Source: Planctomycetota bacterium (lineage in GTDB: Bacteria > Planctomycetota > JAJSAM01 > JAJVHW01). From it: a DNA stretch of 64,000 nt. Position 1 is the stretch's first letter. The number at the start of each line of letters is the position of its first letter. A model generated the notes under the pieces. The model was not told where the DNA came from, ran no database searches, and saw only the letters and a list, made by a program, of their open reading frames with translations. Of the stretch, positions 59,044 to 64,000 are shown one piece after another. A program made the position numbers and the translations under genes. The DNA lies in assembly GCA_965248445.1 (NCBI GenBank), contig CBDFJG010000001.1, positions 288,001 through 352,000 of the forward strand. The letters run 5' to 3'.

Positions 59044-59697
59044 ATGCGCACCGTGCTGCAGCTGCTCGTGGCCGGCTTCTTCGTACTCGGCTGCACAGGG
59101 TCGCCAGATGCCGATGTCGCAACCGTTCCCGAGCCGACGACCGCGGCGATCGCGTTGCCGGCCGAGGGGCAGGCTCTGATCGGCACCACGGCGCCGGAGT
59201 GGGCAGAGGACGGCTGGCTCACGAGCGGCCCGCTGGCGCTCGGTGATCTGCGGGGACGGGTCGTACTCCTGCGGTTCTTCACCAATACGTGCCCCTTCTG
59301 CGCGGCGAGCATGCCCGCACTGGAGGGGCTCCACGAGCGGTACCGCGAGAGCGGTCTCGAGGTCGTGGGCTTCTATCACCCCAAGCCGTTCGGCGCAGAG
59401 CACTCGGACGAGAGCGTCCGCGCGCTGCTCGACGCATGGGGTGTGACGTTCCCGATCGCGCTCGACACGCAGTGGTCGACGTTGCGCAGGTACTGGCTCG
59501 ACGGGGGAACGAGAAGCGCAACGTCGGCATCGTTCCTGATCGATCAGGACGGCGTCATCCGGTACCTCCACCCCGGCCCGGAGCTGCACCCGGAGGGAAC
59601 GGCGTGCAACCTGGATCCGAGCGAGTGCGCCCGGCACTACCGCGAACTCGAACACGCGATCCGTGTCCTGACGAAGCAGCTGCCCGCGCCGCGTTGA
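59044..59697 (+). CDS. TlpA-family redoxin lipoprotein (CPFC)
   Basis: Lipobox VLGC, LRGRVVLLRFFTNTCPFC and SFLIDQDGVIRY. Confidence 0.9.
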   Translation: MRTVLQLLVAGFFVLGCTGSPDADVATVPEPTTAAIALPAEGQALIGTTAPEWAEDGWLTSGPLALGDLRGRVVLLRFFTNTCPFCAASMPALEGLHERYRESGLEVVGFYHPKPFGAEHSDESVRALLDAWGVTFPIALDTQWSTLRRYWLDGGTRSATSASFLIDQDGVIRYLHPGPELHPEGTACNLDPSECARHYRELEHAIRVLTKQLPAPR

Positions 59698-59748
59698 CGT
59701 AAGACCAATCAGGTCACGTTGCTGCTCGCCCGATAGCATCGTGGAGTG

Positions 59749-60240
59749 GTGAACGGTCGGATCTGGTTCCCGGGCAATCCATGGCCCGAAGGTCACGCGC
59801 TGAAGGCGCTTGTGTTCGACGGCGTGCTGCTTCCGGAGCGCGGTCTGGCGTTGAACCTGCGCCTCGAGTCGGAGAAGCACTACTCCGAACGAGAGGTCGA
59901 GGAACCCGACGAACCCGTGAGCTCGTTCGCGTCACCGTTCGCTTGGGCGAACTATCACGCGTGCAAGATGAGCGGAGAGCCGTGGAACCGCCGGGGCTGG
60001 CTCGTCGGCACCCCGGGCGCGCCGTTGCGGTTCTCGGAGATCTCCGGAAGGGAGTTCATGGTCGACGCGAGCGACGACGACGACTTCGATGAGGACGACC
60101 CCAACGAGCGCGCGTTCGGCATCTACCTGCAGGGCCACGACGAGGTCGCCGATCACCACATCGGCCTTCTTCGTGGCGACGACCGGACGTGGAGCCTCGC
60201 GTGGACCGGACGCATCGCGCTCTCGTACGCGGGGGACTGC
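59749..60240 (+). pseudogene. hypothetical protein, probably 3'-truncated
   Basis: Protein-like sequence runs RIWFPGNPWPEGH...WTGRIALSYAGD. After that the frame is low-quality and overlaps ligD antisense to 60597. Confidence 0.5.
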
Positions 60241-60360
60241 GTAACCGTTGCTGCGCAGATGCGGAGGCGTTCGAGGTCGTCCAGCGCGAGCGAGGCCGGC
60301 GGTTCATGCTCAAGGTTTGATGGTCGCAACTCGAGACGTACCCGGCGCAGGCCTGTTGCG

Positions 60361-62423
60361 TTACGACGGCCCGAAGTGCTCCTGGAACGCTGCCAGCGCC
60401 GGGCCGAGACCCTGCTGGTCGGTGAGCACGCCGCGGAAGAGGTCGCCGCGTTCGGCCAGGCGGTGGGGAGCGTTGACGATGGTGAAGTGGGCGGGGTCGA
60501 GGTCGCTGTCGAGTTCGTCCCAGTCGAGCGGCATCGAGACGGAGGCGGCGGGGACGGGGCGCGCGGAGTAGGGCGGCACGACCGTCTGGCCCTTTGAGTT
60601 CTGCAGGTAGTCGACGTACACCTTGCCCTCGCGGCGGCCGACGCTGCGCTCGACCGTCGCGATCTCGCCGTGTTCGTTGACGATCGCGCGCGCGACCATC
60701 TCGGCGAACATGCGCGCCTGCTCGTACGTGTAGGCCGAGACGAGCGGCACGGTGATGTGCAGCCCGGTCTTGCCGCTCGTCTTGAGATACGGCCGCAGTC
60801 CGATGCCACGCAGCAACTTGCCGAGCGCGCGCGCGATGCGGACGACGTGCGCGAACGGAGCGCCCTTCGGATCGAGGTCGAGCACGAACCAGTCAGGTGT
60901 GTCCGGACTCGTGCGGCGCGACATCCACGGGTGCATGTCGATGCTCGCCAGGTTGGCTAGCAGGAGCAGCGTGTCCCGGTCGTTGCAGATGATGTAATTG
61001 ACCGACTTGGACTCGCTCGCGATCCGTTCGGTCTCGACCCAGCCCGGGACGTGGTCGGGCGCGTCCTTGTGATAGAAGGCCTTCCCGTCGATCCCGTCAG
61101 GGAAGCGCTGCATGTGGATCGGACGCTCGTGCAGGTGCGGGAGCAGCAATTCGGCGACGCGGCCGTAGTAGTCGATCAGATCGCCCTTGGTGAGACCGGC
61201 CTCGGGCCAGAACACCTTGTCCCTGTTCGAGATCTTCACGCGGCCGGGTGACTTCGCCGCCGCAGCACCCAGCGCATCCGCAACGCTCTCTGCTCCCGCC
61301 GCCGCAGGCGTCGCCGGAACTCGCCGCCAGTCCTCGGACGCGCCGCCCTTGTAGGTGGACAACGAGCGCTTCGCGATGACGCCGGTCAAGCCCGCGGTTG
61401 CCACCGTGGCGGACAGGCTCGCGCCCTCGCCGAGTACGTGATCCACGTAGAGCAGCCGCCGGGAGGGCGGGAGCAACGCGCCGAGCAACCGCTTGCGCTC
61501 GTAGAGACGGTGTGCACCGAGGCGCCAGTCGTCGAAGTGCAGCAGGTCGAACGCGTAATAGAAGAGAGGCACGCCATTGGCGCCAGCGAGTCGCGCGGCC
61601 AACGCCTCACGGCAGGGCCGCTCCTGTTCGTCGAGGGCCACGAGCACACCGTCGAGTACCGCGGTGTGCGCGTGCAGACGTGCGACCTCGTCGGTCACTT
61701 CGTCGACGTCGGCGGTGACGAGTTTGCCGGTGGAGGCGTCGCGCAGCGTGACCGAGTCGCCGTCCTTCATCGCGAACGCGCGCAGGCCCGCGAACTCGAG
61801 CTCGAACAGCCAGCCGGGGTCAGAGAACGGTGCGACGTCATTGCCCGGGCGCATCGGCTTGCGACGCGTCACGGGCGGCTTGCGCGCAGCGGAGGCGATC
61901 TCCACGTCGAATGGGAACGGCGCCTCTCCTTCCGCGCGCGCGTAGGCATCGCGCGACTTGAAGAAGAGCCAGTCCTTCTCCGAGCGGCGCGTCTTGACGA
62001 GGTGCCACTCGCCGCGGGCACGCGTGCCGTGGAGGATGAACTTCAGCTCACCGCTCGAGATGCCTTCGTCCGTCGGCGGGACGTTCAGGAGTTCATACTC
62101 GCCGCGGTCCCAGATCTTCATCGTGCCGGCGCCGTACTGCCCCTTCGGGATGACGCCCTCGAAGTCGTAGTACTCGAGCGGGTGGTCCTCGGTGCGCACC
62201 GCCAGGTGCTTGTGAGCAGGGAAGTAGGAGAAGCCCTTCGGGATCGCGAACGACTTCAGGACACCCTCCATCTGGAGCCTGAGGTCGTAGTGGAGCCGGC
62301 TTGCCTCGTGCCTGTGGACGACGAAGATCGGGAGGTCCAGATCGCCTGCGGCGAGGCTGGAGCGGGCTCCGGGGTTGCCCCGAAGTCTCGTTTCCGGCGA
62401 TAGTCCTCGAGGCTGTCTGGCAT
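60361..62423 (-). CDS. ligD: LigD-like NHEJ protein: phosphoesterase - degenerate ligase - polymerase; frameshift near 62360
   Basis: N-terminus MPDSLEDYRRKRDFGATPEP in one frame. The next frame carries PE motifs (HEASRLHYDLRL, EDHPLEY, IWDRG) and POL motifs (LDLDP, KTSGKTGLH, VYVDYLQN). Confidence 0.88.
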
Positions 62424-62528
62424 CGGATGCGGTGTCCAGGGGGCCGGCCGGGTCGATGAGCGGGCCCCGATCGGCCGATGTAGTCTGACACGAGGAACCG
62501 CGTACCTAGCACCCGTGGGGGTATCTCG

Positions 62529-63395
62529 ATGGCTCCGCGCGCCAGTTGGAAGGGCTTTCTCAGGCTCAGTCTGGTCTCCATCCCGGTCAAGTCGTACTCC
62601 GCGAACTCGACCGGTGCCGAGATCCGGCTGAACCAGCTCCACGAGGAGTGCCACAGCCGGATCAAGTACCAGAAGGCGTGCCCCCAGCACGGTGTCGTCG
62701 GCAACGACGAGATCGTGAAGGGGTACGAGTACGCCAAGGACCAGTACGTCGTCATCGACGCCGATGAGATCGCCAAGCTGCGAGCCGAGAGCGACAAGAC
62801 CGTGACGATGGAAGGCTTCATCCCGGCGGATGCGATCGACCCGGTGTTCTTCTCCGGCCGCACGTCGTACGTCGCCCCCGACGGTGTCGCGGGTCTCAAG
62901 CCGTACCACCTGCTCATGCAGACGATGGAGGCTCGCGGCCTGAACGCGCTCGCGCGAATGGTCACCTCCGGAAAGGTGAGCCTCGTCCTCGTCCGGCCGC
63001 TGGACGGAATCCTCGCGCTGACGCAGCTGAGCTACGCCGACGCCGTCAAGCCGGTGGACGAATTCAGCGACCTCGTCGGCGAGGCGGAGTTCGCGGACGC
63101 CGAGCGCAAGCTGACCGAGACGCTCATCGACGCATCGCTGTTGTCGGAGTTCGACTTCTCGAGCTACGAGAACGAGCAGGTCCGTGACATGCACAAGCTC
63201 ATCCAGTCGAAGGTGGACGGCGAAGAGCTCGTCAGTGCGCCCAGCCAGGAGGAGCCGAAGATCCTCAACCTCATGGAGGCGCTGAAGGCCAGCGTCGCGG
63301 AGGCCCAGGCCGCGCCGGCCAAGGCGCCTGCGAAGAAGATGGCGAAGAGCGCGCGCAAGAAGCGCTCGGCAGCGAGCAAGCGCAAGAGCGGGTAA
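62529..63395 (+). CDS. ku: NHEJ Ku protein
   Basis: RASWKGFLRLSLVSIPVK, EIVKGYEY, NLMEALKASV and a basic tail. Confidence 0.95.
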   Translation: MAPRASWKGFLRLSLVSIPVKSYSANSTGAEIRLNQLHEECHSRIKYQKACPQHGVVGNDEIVKGYEYAKDQYVVIDADEIAKLRAESDKTVTMEGFIPADAIDPVFFSGRTSYVAPDGVAGLKPYHLLMQTMEARGLNALARMVTSGKVSLVLVRPLDGILALTQLSYADAVKPVDEFSDLVGEAEFADAERKLTETLIDASLLSEFDFSSYENEQVRDMHKLIQSKVDGEELVSAPSQEEPKILNLMEALKASVAEAQAAPAKAPAKKMAKSARKKRSAASKRKSG

Positions 63396-63408
63396 CTTCA
63401 CCCGCCCG

Positions 63409-64000
63409 ATGACTCGCGTCCCCGACACCCCTCGCCTCCCCGACACAGTGGCTCCGATGCTCGCCGAGAAGGCGGAGCCGTTCGACTCCGACGAGCATGT
63501 CTTCGAGATCAAATGGGACGGCATTCGCGTCGTAGCCTTCGTCGAGGACGGCGGCTACCGGTTGCAGAACCGAAAGCTGAACGACTGCACGCACCAGTAC
63601 CCGGAACTCGACGGGATCGGCGCGCTGCCCGCGGGGACGGTGCTCGACGGCGAGATCGTGATCCTGATCGATGACGTTCCTGACTTCCAGCGAATGCAGC
63701 GTCGCTGGATGACGACGGGCGAGCACGACGTGGCGCGACTGGCCGCCGAGGCCCCTGCGACGTTCATCGCGTTCGATCTGCTCTACGACGAGTTCGAGTC
63801 CGTCATGGACCGCGCGCTGTCCGAGCGCCGTGAGCGGCTGGAGGCAGTGGTGCGCCCCGCCGAGGGTCCGCGTCTGGCGTTCTCCGCCGGCGTCGTCGGA
63901 GGCGGGAAGGCGTTCTTCGAAGAAGCGCGCAAGAAGGACCTCGAGGGGATCATGGCGAAGAAGCTGCGCAGCCGCTACCGCCCCGGCCGACGCAGCGACG
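63409..64000 (+). CDS. ATP-dependent DNA ligase (NHEJ type), partial at window end
   Basis: ATG at 63409; PMLA, FEIKWDGIR, LDGEIV, AFDLL and LEGIMAK...SRYRPG. Confidence 0.92.
   Translation, partial: MTRVPDTPRLPDTVAPMLAEKAEPFDSDEHVFEIKWDGIRVVAFVEDGGYRLQNRKLNDCTHQYPELDGIGALPAGTVLDGEIVILIDDVPDFQRMQRRWMTTGEHDVARLAAEAPATFIAFDLLYDEFESVMDRALSERRERLEAVVRPAEGPRLAFSAGVVGGGKAFFEEARKKDLEGIMAKKLRSRYRPGRRSD

Noticed and set aside
1..64000. Genome-wide UGA reassignment (genetic code 4 or 25)
   Set aside because: Many well-defined genes end at TGA at their expected C-termini (e.g. 6494, 24352, 52924, 57563).

Overview
High-GC bacterial chromosomal segment. Gene content (many secreted HEAT-repeat, beta-helix and carboxypeptidase-regulatory-like proteins, a TM-fused ECF sigma factor, a KKAAKK-rich small protein) suggests a Planctomycetota-like organism; this is inference. 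It holds about 60 mostly accessory or exported-protein genes, two IS elements (single-ORF IS66 at 1120-2619; IS1380 at 54038-55706), a MarR/NmrA pair with visible operators, and an NHEJ cluster at the right end. No rRNA, tRNA or CRISPR array was seen. Main signal: three signal-peptide genes are each split in the ORF track by one in-frame TGA followed by a hairpin, which fits exported selenoproteins. They are a TlpA-like W-U-T-P-C protein (26802-27827), a thioredoxin-like C-x7-U protein (43462-42368) and a P-P-T-U-P-G-H-G protein (46718-45768). Cys-less and CxxC redoxin relatives occur nearby. Second signal: the LigD ligase domain has lost nearly all catalytic residues while an intact ligase lies just downstream of Ku. 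All calls are by eye from the sequence and ORF track; no searches were run.
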